From NCBI GenBank assembly GCA_963675595.2, contig CAXXLZ010000002.1, forward strand, positions 1 to 64,000: DNA of 64,000 bases, given 5' to 3'. The translations under genes were made by a program, and so were the position numbers. Positions 8,952 through 18,218 of this stretch are shown here, piece by piece. Under the pieces are notes generated by a model. That model had not been told where the DNA came from. It worked only from the letters and a program-made list of their open reading frames with translations, and did not search any database. Position 1 is the stretch's first letter. Every line of letters starts with the position of its first letter. This stretch comes from Thermodesulfobacteriota bacterium. Lineage in GTDB: Bacteria; Desulfobacterota; Desulfarculia; JACQYL01.

Positions 8952-9947
8952 ATGAAAGAAATCTGGGTGAACGCGGACCCTTGGGACAAAGAACTGGTTA
9001 CCACGGCTCTCGAATCCGGGGCGGACGCGGTGATCGTACCCCAAGAACGGGTGGAGGAGACCCGAAAATTGGGACTGATCAAAATCGTGTCGTCAAACGG
9101 CGATCTGCAATGGGACCGAGACGTGGTCCGGATGGAAGTCGGTTCCTCCGAGGATGAGGATCGCGTGGTCGCGGCAAGCCGCGAAGGGAAACGGGTTGTT
9201 GTGCAGACCAAAGATTGGAAGATCATCCCTCTGGAAAATCTCATCGCCCGTGGTGGGAATCTTTTTGTGGAAGCGGCAGATGAAGCGGACGTGGAGACGG
9301 CTTCGGGAATCCTCGAAAAAGGGGTCAACGGGCTCATTATCAGCCATCCGGACCCTCTTCGGGTGAAGACGTTGCTCAGCTCGATCCGGATGCACGACGA
9401 AGCTCTGGAGCTTTCCGTCCTCACCGTGGAGGAGGTGCAACCTCTGGGCATGGGCGATCGCGTTTGCGTGGACACTTGCAGCCTCATGGATCATGGTCAA
9501 GGATGTCTGGTGGGAAACAGCAGCAGGGCTCTTTTCCTGGTCCACGCCGAAACCCTGCAAAACCCTTATGTGGAGCCGCGTCCTTTCCGCATCAACGCGG
9601 GACCTGTGCATGCCTACGTCCGGGTCTTGGATGGCAAAACCCGTTACCTTTCCGAGCTGAAGGCCGGCGACCGGGTCCTGGGAGTGGACGCTTCGGGCGA
9701 AACCATGCCCCTCATTGTAGGGAGAGTCAAAATAGAACGACGGCCCTTATTGCTGATCAAGGCGAGAGAGCCCAACGGATTGGTGTCCACCATCTGCCAA
9801 AACGCCGAAACCGTTCGTTTGGTCGTGCCCGGAGGAGAAGCCCGCTCCGTGGTGGAACTCAAACCCGGCGACGAGATTCTAGGCCATCTTGAAGCGGCCG
9901 GCAGGCATTTCGGGCATCGCATCCAAGAGACGATCACCGAGAATTAG
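8952..9947 (+). CDS. 3-dehydroquinate synthase II (AroB')
   Basis: DWKIIPLENLIA, GDRVCVDTC, RPFRINAGPVHAY, QNAETVRL, GRHFG signature motifs. Confidence 0.95.
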   Translation: MKEIWVNADPWDKELVTTALESGADAVIVPQERVEETRKLGLIKIVSSNGDLQWDRDVVRMEVGSSEDEDRVVAASREGKRVVVQTKDWKIIPLENLIARGGNLFVEAADEADVETASGILEKGVNGLIISHPDPLRVKTLLSSIRMHDEALELSVLTVEEVQPLGMGDRVCVDTCSLMDHGQGCLVGNSSRALFLVHAETLQNPYVEPRPFRINAGPVHAYVRVLDGKTRYLSELKAGDRVLGVDASGETMPLIVGRVKIERRPLLLIKAREPNGLVSTICQNAETVRLVVPGGEARSVVELKPGDEILGHLEAAGRHFGHRIQETITEN

Positions 9948-10192
9948 CGGTCTCCGCCGTCAATCCCTCCATCACCCCGGGTGCCCGTCCGCCGGCGGCG
10001 GACGGCCCCGTCCTGCGATGATCCCTCGAGCACGGTCGTACTCATTACCGGTTCTTGGAGGGCATTAAATAGAGCTTCTCCGGCCGGTCGGCATACGGGA
10101 TAACACGGTATGGAGCTCCTTATGCCGACTTCGGCGTGCGTTTCCTCGTGACTCCCGCTTTCCTTGATCCGGCAAACTGATATAATGGAGAG

Positions 10193-11425
10193 ATGAAACC
10201 ATTTCACACCATGCGCGACTTCGCGCCTTATCTCCAATGGATCGAAACCCAGCACGACTCCATGAAGTCGTGGCTGTTCCACTGGTGCGGCATTAATTCC
10301 GGGAGCCGGAATCCCGAGGGCCTCGACCGAATGCGCGCCGTGCTTCGGGAAGCGTTGCTCCCCCTCGGTGGTGAAATCTCGTTGATTCCCGCCGCTCCCG
10401 CATTGCAGGTTTCATCCGAAGGAGAAGTCTCCGAACTTCCCGTGGGCGGCATCTTGAGGGTTCTCCGAAGACCTCGGGCACGCACGAGGGTGCTCCTCGT
10501 GTGTCATCTGGACACGGTGTTTCCGCCGGAGCACGCCTTCCAAAAGGTGACCGAACCCGGAGACGGAACGATCCATGGACCGGGGGTCGCCGATGCCAAA
10601 GGCGGCATCGCGGTGATGATCAAAGCGCTGGAGGCTTTTGAAAGGACTCCGTTTGCCGGAGCCCTGGGCTGGGAAATCCTGATCAATTCCGACGAGGAAC
10701 TCGGTTCGCCCGGCAGTGCTTCGGTCTTCGCGGAAACAGCTCGAAATCACCAAGTCGGACTGGTTTTCGAGCCCGCCATGCCCGACGGTTCCCTGGTGAG
10801 CAGCCGCAAGGGAAGTGAAAACTATACCGTGGTGATCCGTGGAAGAGAGGCCCACGCCGGCCGCACCCCGGAAGCGGGACGCAGCGCCGTCAACGTGCTT
10901 GCCGAACTCATTCCGCACTTGAACGCCGCGGCCTCGGGCCTGCCCGGCGCCCTGGTCAACGTGGGGGTTATCTCAGGAGGAACCGCCGTCAACGTGATAC
11001 CCGGACTGGCATTGGCCCGTTTCAACCTGCGGGCGGTTTCCATGGGAGACCAACGCCTCCTCGCCCAACGGGTCAGAGAAGCAGTGGATCGGTTCCAGGA
11101 TCGGGACGGTATTTCACTTGAGCTCCACCGTACCTCTTCCCGGCCTCCCAAGGAGGCGGATGAGCCCATGGCCCGCTTGATGCACTCCGCGGAAGACTGC
11201 GCCGATGAATTGGGGTTCTCCCTCCAATGGCGGGCCAGTGGAGGCGTCTGCGACGGCAACAACTTGGCGGCCTCGGGCCTTCCCACGCTGGACACCATGG
11301 GCGTCCGGGGGGATCACCTGCATTCCGCCCTGGAGACCATGGTTTCGGACAGCCTGGTGGAAAAGGCCAAGCTCTCCGCGCTGTTGCTCATGAAAACGGC
11401 CGTCGAGAGCGTCCATCGGCCTTGA
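10193..11425 (+). CDS. M20-family metallohydrolase (candidate succinylglutamate desuccinylase)
   Basis: HLDTV, GPGVADAKGG, DEELGS, FEP, HAG, GVCDGN; first gene of the AST cluster. Confidence 0.85.
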   Translation: MKPFHTMRDFAPYLQWIETQHDSMKSWLFHWCGINSGSRNPEGLDRMRAVLREALLPLGGEISLIPAAPALQVSSEGEVSELPVGGILRVLRRPRARTRVLLVCHLDTVFPPEHAFQKVTEPGDGTIHGPGVADAKGGIAVMIKALEAFERTPFAGALGWEILINSDEELGSPGSASVFAETARNHQVGLVFEPAMPDGSLVSSRKGSENYTVVIRGREAHAGRTPEAGRSAVNVLAELIPHLNAAASGLPGALVNVGVISGGTAVNVIPGLALARFNLRAVSMGDQRLLAQRVREAVDRFQDRDGISLELHRTSSRPPKEADEPMARLMHSAEDCADELGFSLQWRASGGVCDGNNLAASGLPTLDTMGVRGDHLHSALETMVSDSLVEKAKLSALLLMKTAVESVHRP

Positions 11426-11515
11426 CACCGTTCCACATCCATCCGTGTGGCCGATCCTGCCCGTCATCAACGGTCGCACCTCGGCCCGATCACCCTTTTC
11501 GCTTTGGAGCGTGTG

Positions 11516-12904
11516 ATGAAATCGCTGTCGGCGGAGACTTTTCTCTCGGATTCTCGTGTGGTGGAAGCCAAACAATTGATCCTGTCCGCTCTGGCGGATC
11601 ATCAAACGGCCCTCTCCACGGTCCGACCTCCGGACCCCGCCCGTAAGACGTCTTATGACGAGGTCCTCCGCCGGTTTGAGAATCTCAGGGGCGCTCCCCT
11701 GTTCTTCCCCTATCTCGGAAGCGGTTTCGGCAACGGTGTCTTCGTGGAACTGGCCGACGCCTCGGTCAAGTACGACTTCATCAGCGGCATCGGCGTTCAC
11801 TACTTGGGACATAATCATCCCGCATTGGTGGAAGCCGCCTTGGATGCGGCCCTGCAAGATACGGTGATGCAGGGCAATCTCCAGCAGAACGTCCAGAGTC
11901 TGCCGGTGCTGGAGAAGCTGGTCGCGTGCGCCAAAGGCCGGGGAGCCCGTCTGGATCATTGCTTCCCGTCCACCAGCGGCGCCATGGCCAACGAGAACGC
12001 GCTCAAGATTCTCTTCCGGAAGAAGTACCCGGCCGATCGGCTTCTCGCCTTCCAAGGCTGCTTCACCGGGCGAACCTTGGTGTTGTCGCAGGTCAGCGAC
12101 AAGCCCGCTTTTCGCAAGGGGCTGCCCCGGACCGTTGCGGTGGACTATGTGCCTTTCTACGATCCCGAAGATGGCGAAGGAAGCACGAAGAGGGCGGCCG
12201 CGGTGCTCAAAGAGCACCTTCTTCGATATCCGGAAAGACACGCGGCCATGATGTTCGAACTCGTCCAGGGGGAAGGAGGATTCTTCCCGGGCGATCGTTC
12301 CTTCTTTGTAACGCTGATGGAAATGCTGAGGGAACACAACGTATCGATCCTCATCGATGAAATCCAGACCTTTGGAAGGACCTCGGAACTCTTCGCTTTC
12401 CAACATTTCGGTTTGGACGATTACGCCGATGTGGTCACCGTGGGCAAGCTGCTTCAAGTCTGCGCCACCTTGTTCCGGGACGACCTGGCGCCTGAGCCGG
12501 GTCTGCTCAGCCAGACGTTCACCGCCTCGACCTCGGCGCTTTTCGCGGCTTCCGCCGTGTTGGATCATCTCACGGAAAGCCGGAAATACCTGGGTCCCGA
12601 GGGTCGCATCGAGGAGTTGCACCGGCTTTTCGTACGGAGCGTGGAAACCATCCGGAAGAAAGACCCGGACCTGCTGTCGGGTCCCTACGGTCTGGGCGCC
12701 ATGTGCGCCTTCACACCGCTGGACGGCTCCCCCGACAAGGTTACGGCCTTCGTCCGACGGTTGTTCGACGCGGGAGTCATTGCATTTATCGCGGGATCCA
12801 ACCCCGCCCGGGTCAGATTTCTCATGCCCGTGGGCGTGGTGACCGATGGGCACGTGGCCGAAGTCATGGACATTGTCCACCGAGCCCTTGTGGAATCCCG
12901 ATAG
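11516..12904 (+). CDS. Class III PLP aminotransferase (candidate succinylornithine transaminase)
   Basis: SGAMANENALK, FTGRT, ELVQGEGG, DEIQT, TVGK (PLP Lys). Confidence 0.85.
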   Translation: MKSLSAETFLSDSRVVEAKQLILSALADHQTALSTVRPPDPARKTSYDEVLRRFENLRGAPLFFPYLGSGFGNGVFVELADASVKYDFISGIGVHYLGHNHPALVEAALDAALQDTVMQGNLQQNVQSLPVLEKLVACAKGRGARLDHCFPSTSGAMANENALKILFRKKYPADRLLAFQGCFTGRTLVLSQVSDKPAFRKGLPRTVAVDYVPFYDPEDGEGSTKRAAAVLKEHLLRYPERHAAMMFELVQGEGGFFPGDRSFFVTLMEMLREHNVSILIDEIQTFGRTSELFAFQHFGLDDYADVVTVGKLLQVCATLFRDDLAPEPGLLSQTFTASTSALFAASAVLDHLTESRKYLGPEGRIEELHRLFVRSVETIRKKDPDLLSGPYGLGAMCAFTPLDGSPDKVTAFVRRLFDAGVIAFIAGSNPARVRFLMPVGVVTDGHVAEVMDIVHRALVESR

Positions 12905-12988
12905 CGCGGTCCGCACCGTTGGAGGAGGACCGACCGGGCCGGCCGGATATTCCCGGCTGCAACGTCCATCGGGGCACCCGAAGGGGAA

Positions 12989-14035
12989 ATGGAAATGATT
13001 CTTGTACGTTCCATCCATCAAAGCGACCTGGAAGCCCTGCTCCGTCTGGCGGAAACCGCCGGTTACGGGCTCACCACGCTGCCTCCCGATATGGAGCTCC
13101 TTAGAAAGCGGGTGCTCCGTTCGGAACGAAGTTTTGCCTGTGCCGTCGAGGAACCCGGCGGGGAGATTTATACCCTGGTCATGGAAGATACGGATACGGG
13201 CGAAATCATCGGGACGAGCAGCATCGTGTCCAAAGTCGGTGGCTTCCAGCCCTTCTATGCGTACCGAATCGAGTCTGAGGTTTTCGAGTCCAAACAACTC
13301 GGAATTCGTAAAGAAATTCAGAGCTTGAACCTGGTCCGGGAGCACAGCGGTCCCACGGAGATCGGCGGTTTGTTCATCTCACCTCAACAACGCCGCAAAG
13401 GTATTGGACGGCTGATTTCCTTGTGTCGTTTTCTCTTCATGGCGGAGCATCCGCACCTATTCGAGCCCCAAGTGATGGCGGAGATGAGAGGCGTGGTGGA
13501 CGCCAACGGACATTCCCCGTTTTGGGAAGCCCTTGGGAGGAAATTCTTCGACCTGGATTACTCCAAGGCGGACCTGCTGAGCATGAAGGACAAGCGATTC
13601 ATCGCGGACCTGATGCCCGAGGAAAGAATTTACATTCCCCTGCTTCCGGACGAGGCGCAGGCGGTGATCGGACAAGTGCACGATCACACGCGCCCCGCTT
13701 TAAAGATGCTCCTGGATGAAGGATTCCGGGTCACGGACCTTGTGGACATTTTCGAGGCGGGTCCCATTGTCCTTTGTGACCGGGACAAGATCCGAACCGT
13801 GCGTGAAAGCCGACGGGCCGAAATCGCCGATTTGAGTCCTGAAGAGCCCTCTTCGGATGCCCTATTGGTCGCCAACACCGACATCGAGTTCCGTTGCTGC
13901 CTGGGCTCGATCGCGGAGGCGGGCCAAGGCACGGTTCGAATTTCCGGGCGGGTTGCCGAAGCCCTGAAGGTGGGTAAAGGGGACCGGGTCCGCTTCGCTT
14001 CGCCTCGCCCATCCGAACCCCCTAAGGAGGCATGA
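12989..14035 (+). CDS. astA: Arginine N-succinyltransferase
   Basis: GLTTLP, TEIGGLF, AEMRG, SPFW, FIADLMP, IGQVH, VDIFEAGP motifs. Confidence 0.93.
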   Translation: MEMILVRSIHQSDLEALLRLAETAGYGLTTLPPDMELLRKRVLRSERSFACAVEEPGGEIYTLVMEDTDTGEIIGTSSIVSKVGGFQPFYAYRIESEVFESKQLGIRKEIQSLNLVREHSGPTEIGGLFISPQQRRKGIGRLISLCRFLFMAEHPHLFEPQVMAEMRGVVDANGHSPFWEALGRKFFDLDYSKADLLSMKDKRFIADLMPEERIYIPLLPDEAQAVIGQVHDHTRPALKMLLDEGFRVTDLVDIFEAGPIVLCDRDKIRTVRESRRAEIADLSPEEPSSDALLVANTDIEFRCCLGSIAEAGQGTVRISGRVAEALKVGKGDRVRFASPRPSEPPKEA

Positions 14036-15501
14036 TGGCGGACACAAAAGGGCTGTTCATCAACGGGCAATGGGTCCGGGGTCAGGGAACGGAACTTGTA
14101 TCAAGGAATCCCGCCGATGGGGAGCCCGTATGGCGGGGATCGACTGCGGATTCGGATCAGGTGAACGCGGCAATGGATGCGGCGCGCCGCGCCTTCGATT
14201 CCTGGTCCCGAACCTCCTCTGCGGATCGGGCGGGGCTGCTCGAACGCTTTCACGGTGAACTCAAGGCTCACAAGACCGAACTGGCGGAAGCCGTTTCCAT
14301 GGAAGTGGGCAAACCTCTTTGGGAGTCTCTCCAAGAAATAGACGCCATGGCGGCCAAGATCGATGTCTCCCTGGACGCCTATCAAGAGCGATGTCCCACC
14401 GTGGTAAAGTCGCGGAACAATACGGCGTCCGTGTTGCGCTACAAACCTCATGGGGTCGTTGCCGTAGTGGGTCCTTTCAATTTCCCCGGGCATCTTCCCA
14501 ACGGTCACATCGTCCCGGCGTTGCTCGCCGGCAATGTCGTGGTGTTCAAACCGAGCAGCCGGGTTCCCGCCGTGGCCGTTAAGACCGCCGAACTATGGGA
14601 AGCCGCGGGAATTCCCCCCGGCGTGTTCAACCTGGTGCTCACGGACTCGTCTTCCACCGACACCCTGGTGGAACACCCGGCATTGAACGGACTGTTCTTT
14701 ACCGGCAGCAACGCCACTGGGAGGGCCATTCACAGAAAGTTCGCCGGACATCCGGAGCGTATCCTGGCCCTGGAAATGGGCGGCAACAGTCCTCTGGTGG
14801 TCTGGGACGTGAAAGACCTCGAGTCCGCCGCTCTCGTGACGGTGCAATCCGCGTTCATCACTTCCGGACAGCGATGCACCTGCGCCCGGAGGCTCATTGT
14901 TCCCGACGACGAACGAGGGGCCGCCTTTCTTAAAGTTCTCTCTTCCCTTACGAAACGAATTCGTGTGGGCCGTTACGACGAATCTCCCGAACCGTTCATG
15001 GGCCCGGTGATCGGAGAGGAAGCCGCCGACAAGTTGATGAAGGCTCAGACAAATCTCCGGTCCTCGGGAGGCTCGAGTTTGGTCCCTATGGAACGCCTCG
15101 ACAGGAAAGGAGCCTTTCTTTCTCCCGGAATCCTCGATGTCACCGAGGTTTCCCAACGCCCGGACGAGGAGCTCTTCGGACCTCTCCTCCAGGTGGTGCG
15201 TGTGGGAGACGTCCATGATGCGCTCAGGGAAGCCGACCGGACCCGGTACGGCCTGGCCGCGGGTCTGTTATCCGATTCCCGGGAACTTTACGAGCGTTTC
15301 CTGTCCGAAATCCACGCCGGGGTCGTGAACTGGAACCAACCCACCACCGGAGCAAGCAGCCGCATGCCTTTCGGCGGTGTGGGCGCCAGCGGCAACCATC
15401 GTCCCAGCGCCTACTTCGCGGCGGATTATTGCTCCTACCCCGTGGCTTCCTCGGAAGCGGAAACCGTCCCGCAGTTCAAACCACCTCCGGGAATCCAGTA
15501 A
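14032..15501 (+). CDS. astD: Succinylglutamate semialdehyde dehydrogenase
   Basis: GPFNFPGHLPNGHIVPALLAGN, LEMGGN, GQRCTC, SGNHRPSAYFAADYCSYP. Confidence 0.96.
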   Translation: MMADTKGLFINGQWVRGQGTELVSRNPADGEPVWRGSTADSDQVNAAMDAARRAFDSWSRTSSADRAGLLERFHGELKAHKTELAEAVSMEVGKPLWESLQEIDAMAAKIDVSLDAYQERCPTVVKSRNNTASVLRYKPHGVVAVVGPFNFPGHLPNGHIVPALLAGNVVVFKPSSRVPAVAVKTAELWEAAGIPPGVFNLVLTDSSSTDTLVEHPALNGLFFTGSNATGRAIHRKFAGHPERILALEMGGNSPLVVWDVKDLESAALVTVQSAFITSGQRCTCARRLIVPDDERGAAFLKVLSSLTKRIRVGRYDESPEPFMGPVIGEEAADKLMKAQTNLRSSGGSSLVPMERLDRKGAFLSPGILDVTEVSQRPDEELFGPLLQVVRVGDVHDALREADRTRYGLAAGLLSDSRELYERFLSEIHAGVVNWNQPTTGASSRMPFGGVGASGNHRPSAYFAADYCSYPVASSEAETVPQFKPPPGIQ

Positions 15502-15523
15502 TGACAGCACAGAGGTGCTTCGC

Positions 15524-16909
15524 ATGATGGAAGAGCGGACCGTGGAGATGAACTTCGACGGCTTGGTAGGTCCCACCCATGGCTATGCGGGTCTGTCGTA
15601 CGGAAATCCCGCGGCCATGCGCCACGAAGGCTCCATGTCCAACCCGAGGGAAGCCTTGCGCCAGGGTTTGGACAAAATGAAACTTTGCGCGGACCTGGGA
15701 ATCCCCCAAGGGGTACTGCCTCCCCGGGAACGTCCCTATCTCCCCGTTCTCCGTCGGTTGGGATTCCAAGGATCGGACGAAGACATACTGCGACAGGCGG
15801 CCGCCCAAGACCCGGTGTTGCTGGCCGCCTCCGCGAGCGCTTCGAGCATGTGGGCCGCCAACGCCGCCACGGTTTCTCCTTCCGCCGATACCGATGATGG
15901 TCGCGTGCACTTCACCCCCGCCAACCTGACGACCCAGTTCCACCGATCCTTGGAAACCGTGTCCACGGCCGAAGCCCTCCGCCTGATTTTTCCCTCCCCG
16001 GAATATTTCGTCCATCACCCTCCCCTCCCCTCGGGCCCACATTTTTCCGACGAAGGGGCCGCCAATCACACCCGCCTGTGTCCTTCAATTCACGAGCCGG
16101 GCCTGGAAATCTTCGTGTACGGCAAAAAAGCGTTCCATAGTTCGGACGCCCTCCCCAAGAAGTATCCAGCACGGCAAACGATGGAAGCGTCCAACGCCGT
16201 GGCGCGCCTTCACGGCCTGCACGCCGATCGAGTGCTGTTCCTCAAACAAAATCCGGACGCCGTGGACGCCGGTGTGTTTCATAACGACGTCATCGCCGTT
16301 GGACACGAAAACGTATTCCTGGTTCATGAACAGGCCTTTGCGGAAGGAAAGGAGGCCGTCGCAAAAATCAAGCGGGCCTTCGAAGGACTTGCGCAGGCTC
16401 CCCCGCACGTGATTGAGATTCCCAGGGAACGGATTTCGCTGGAGACTGCTGTGGAGACCTATTTGTTCAACAGCCAGCTGTTGACCTTGCCCGACAGGTC
16501 CCTCTGTCTCCTGGCTCCCAAGGAATGCGCGGAGCATCCCGCAGCCGCGCACATTTTGGAGGAGCTGCCCGAACTCGGCACCCCCATCCGGCGCATCGTC
16601 TATGTCGACGTGCGTCAGAGCATGAAGAACGGCGGAGGACCCGCCTGCCTGAGACTTCGAGTGGTGCTGAGGGACCAAGAACGCCGAGCGGTGCACGCAA
16701 ATATCGTCTATTCCGCGAAACTCCATCAACGGCTGTTGAAATGGGGTGATGCGCATTACCGGGATCGCCTTCATCCGCGTGATCTGGCGGACCCCGCCCT
16801 GCTCCGTGAGAGCCGTACCGCCCTGGACGAACTCACGGACATCCTGGAACTGGGGCCGTTTTATGATTTTCAGCGGGAGCCCATGCAAAGCGGGAACGGA
16901 CCGGCATAG
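15524..16909 (+). CDS. astB: N-succinylarginine dihydrolase
   Basis: NFDGLVGPTH, SSMWAANAAT, DEGAANH, GVFHNDV, SMKNGGGPACLRLRV. Confidence 0.97.
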   Translation: MMEERTVEMNFDGLVGPTHGYAGLSYGNPAAMRHEGSMSNPREALRQGLDKMKLCADLGIPQGVLPPRERPYLPVLRRLGFQGSDEDILRQAAAQDPVLLAASASASSMWAANAATVSPSADTDDGRVHFTPANLTTQFHRSLETVSTAEALRLIFPSPEYFVHHPPLPSGPHFSDEGAANHTRLCPSIHEPGLEIFVYGKKAFHSSDALPKKYPARQTMEASNAVARLHGLHADRVLFLKQNPDAVDAGVFHNDVIAVGHENVFLVHEQAFAEGKEAVAKIKRAFEGLAQAPPHVIEIPRERISLETAVETYLFNSQLLTLPDRSLCLLAPKECAEHPAAAHILEELPELGTPIRRIVYVDVRQSMKNGGGPACLRLRVVLRDQERRAVHANIVYSAKLHQRLLKWGDAHYRDRLHPRDLADPALLRESRTALDELTDILELGPFYDFQREPMQSGNGPA

Positions 16910-16979
16910 ACGCGTCGGCGGGTATTCATAGAGAAGCCCTGCAAAGGTGTTCCCCATACCTCTAAACAAGACGGACACC

Positions 16980-17318
16980 ATGGCAATCTCCGCTTTCCAA
17001 AGTCTCAAATTTCAGGTGCTCGATTTGGTGAATCTTTCCAGAGACGCCGTGCACATGCATGTCGGAATCGCCGTGTTCCTGTTCACCGTGGCGATCCGAA
17101 AGAAAGAAGGAATGGACTGGTTGTGTCTATTACCGGTCTATGCGTTGGCCGTATCCACGGAACTATTGGACCTGAGAGACTGCCTTACGTCATTGGGGCA
17201 CGTTCGGTGGTCCGCCGGCATCCACGACATTCTTAACACCGTTTTCTGGCCCACCGTGATGGTGTCTTACGCCTATCTCAGCCGAAAGCTTCATGACGTG
17301 AACAGCGGGCGACTTTGA
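16980..17318 (+). CDS. Small hypothetical membrane protein
   Basis: Three hydrophobic segments; DAVHMHVG and DILNTVFWP motifs; co-oriented after astB. Confidence 0.65.
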   Translation: MAISAFQSLKFQVLDLVNLSRDAVHMHVGIAVFLFTVAIRKKEGMDWLCLLPVYALAVSTELLDLRDCLTSLGHVRWSAGIHDILNTVFWPTVMVSYAYLSRKLHDVNSGRL

Positions 17319-17509
17319 AGGCCTGACAAGAGTCGCGCTGCGCCTTTGCCCGGTTTCGCGTTTCCGCTTCACGAATCCTTTGCGCCAACCAGCCGTCCGC
17401 CGGTAGCGACGCGTTCTCCCCAACGCGTCGGATTACGAAAAAGACAAGGGGAAACGCCTTCCGGCACCTCCCCTTTGATCCGCTTCGTGCTCACGAGTTA
17501 TAGAGATCG

Positions 17510-17929
17510 CTACTTCCTCGGATGAGGCGCGTTCCCACCGGGCCCCCACAGCAGGTCGCGCAGTTCGTTTTCTTTTTCACCGGACCACACCGTGTCCCAG
17601 CCCTTGTCGGTCTTCACCTGGAGCTTTTCCACCCGAATGGAGTTCTGGGTATCGTGTTTCTGCCCGATCACCAGGACCTCCTCATTCACATGGCGGGCCA
17701 GTACACTGCGATCCAGATTGGGCAGCACGTACCACTTCTTGTTGTTGTCCACCAGCACAAAAGTACTCTCCATGGCGATGAGAGCGTCCTCATACCCCAC
17801 CGGGCACAACTTGCCTTCCACCGCACACTGGAGGCCCTGGATCGTACCCTGATACTCGCCGGCCTGCGCAGACAACGGAATCATGAAGGCACAAACCAGC
17901 ATTGCGAGAATAACGACTCCTCTTTTCAT
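17510..17929 (-). CDS. Exported hypothetical protein with Cx6C motif
   Basis: GGAGG RBS; signal peptide ending AQA; QCAVEGKLC. Confidence 0.8.
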   Translation of the reverse strand: MKRGVVILAMLVCAFMIPLSAQAGEYQGTIQGLQCAVEGKLCPVGYEDALIAMESTFVLVDNNKKWYVLPNLDRSVLARHVNEEVLVIGQKHDTQNSIRVEKLQVKTDKGWDTVWSGEKENELRDLLWGPGGNAPHPRK

Positions 17930-18152
17930 ACCGTTCCTCCCAGTCGAAGTTTGATTGGACTCGTTGTTCCTACGGGTCTCCTTGCGGAACTCGCTCGGCC
18001 CTAAGAAGGGACGCCGACTTTCCGAATCCGATTAAGTCTTGATTATATCAAGGGAGTCACATTCGAGGATACGGTTCCCAATGTATTCCGGGACAGGGCA
18101 CGCTGTATGGAACCCCCAGAGGAGGGGAGGGAAAGAGGAAGCGTACTTTGGA

Positions 18153-18194
18153 GAAAAAGAAATGGAGGGTTCCCCCCTTGGGAGAACCCTCCAT
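18153..18194 (-). terminator. Intrinsic terminator of the fdh operon
   Basis: ATGGAGGGTTCTCCC...GGGGGAACCCTCCAT stem followed by TTCTTTTT on the minus strand. Confidence 0.75.
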
Positions 18195-18218
18195 GATCAC
18201 GGTCAATGCGTCGGAGCT

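Noticed and set aside
11114-13345. 743-aa antisense ORF
   Set aside because: Shadow of the AST genes caused by GC3 bias; no motifs.
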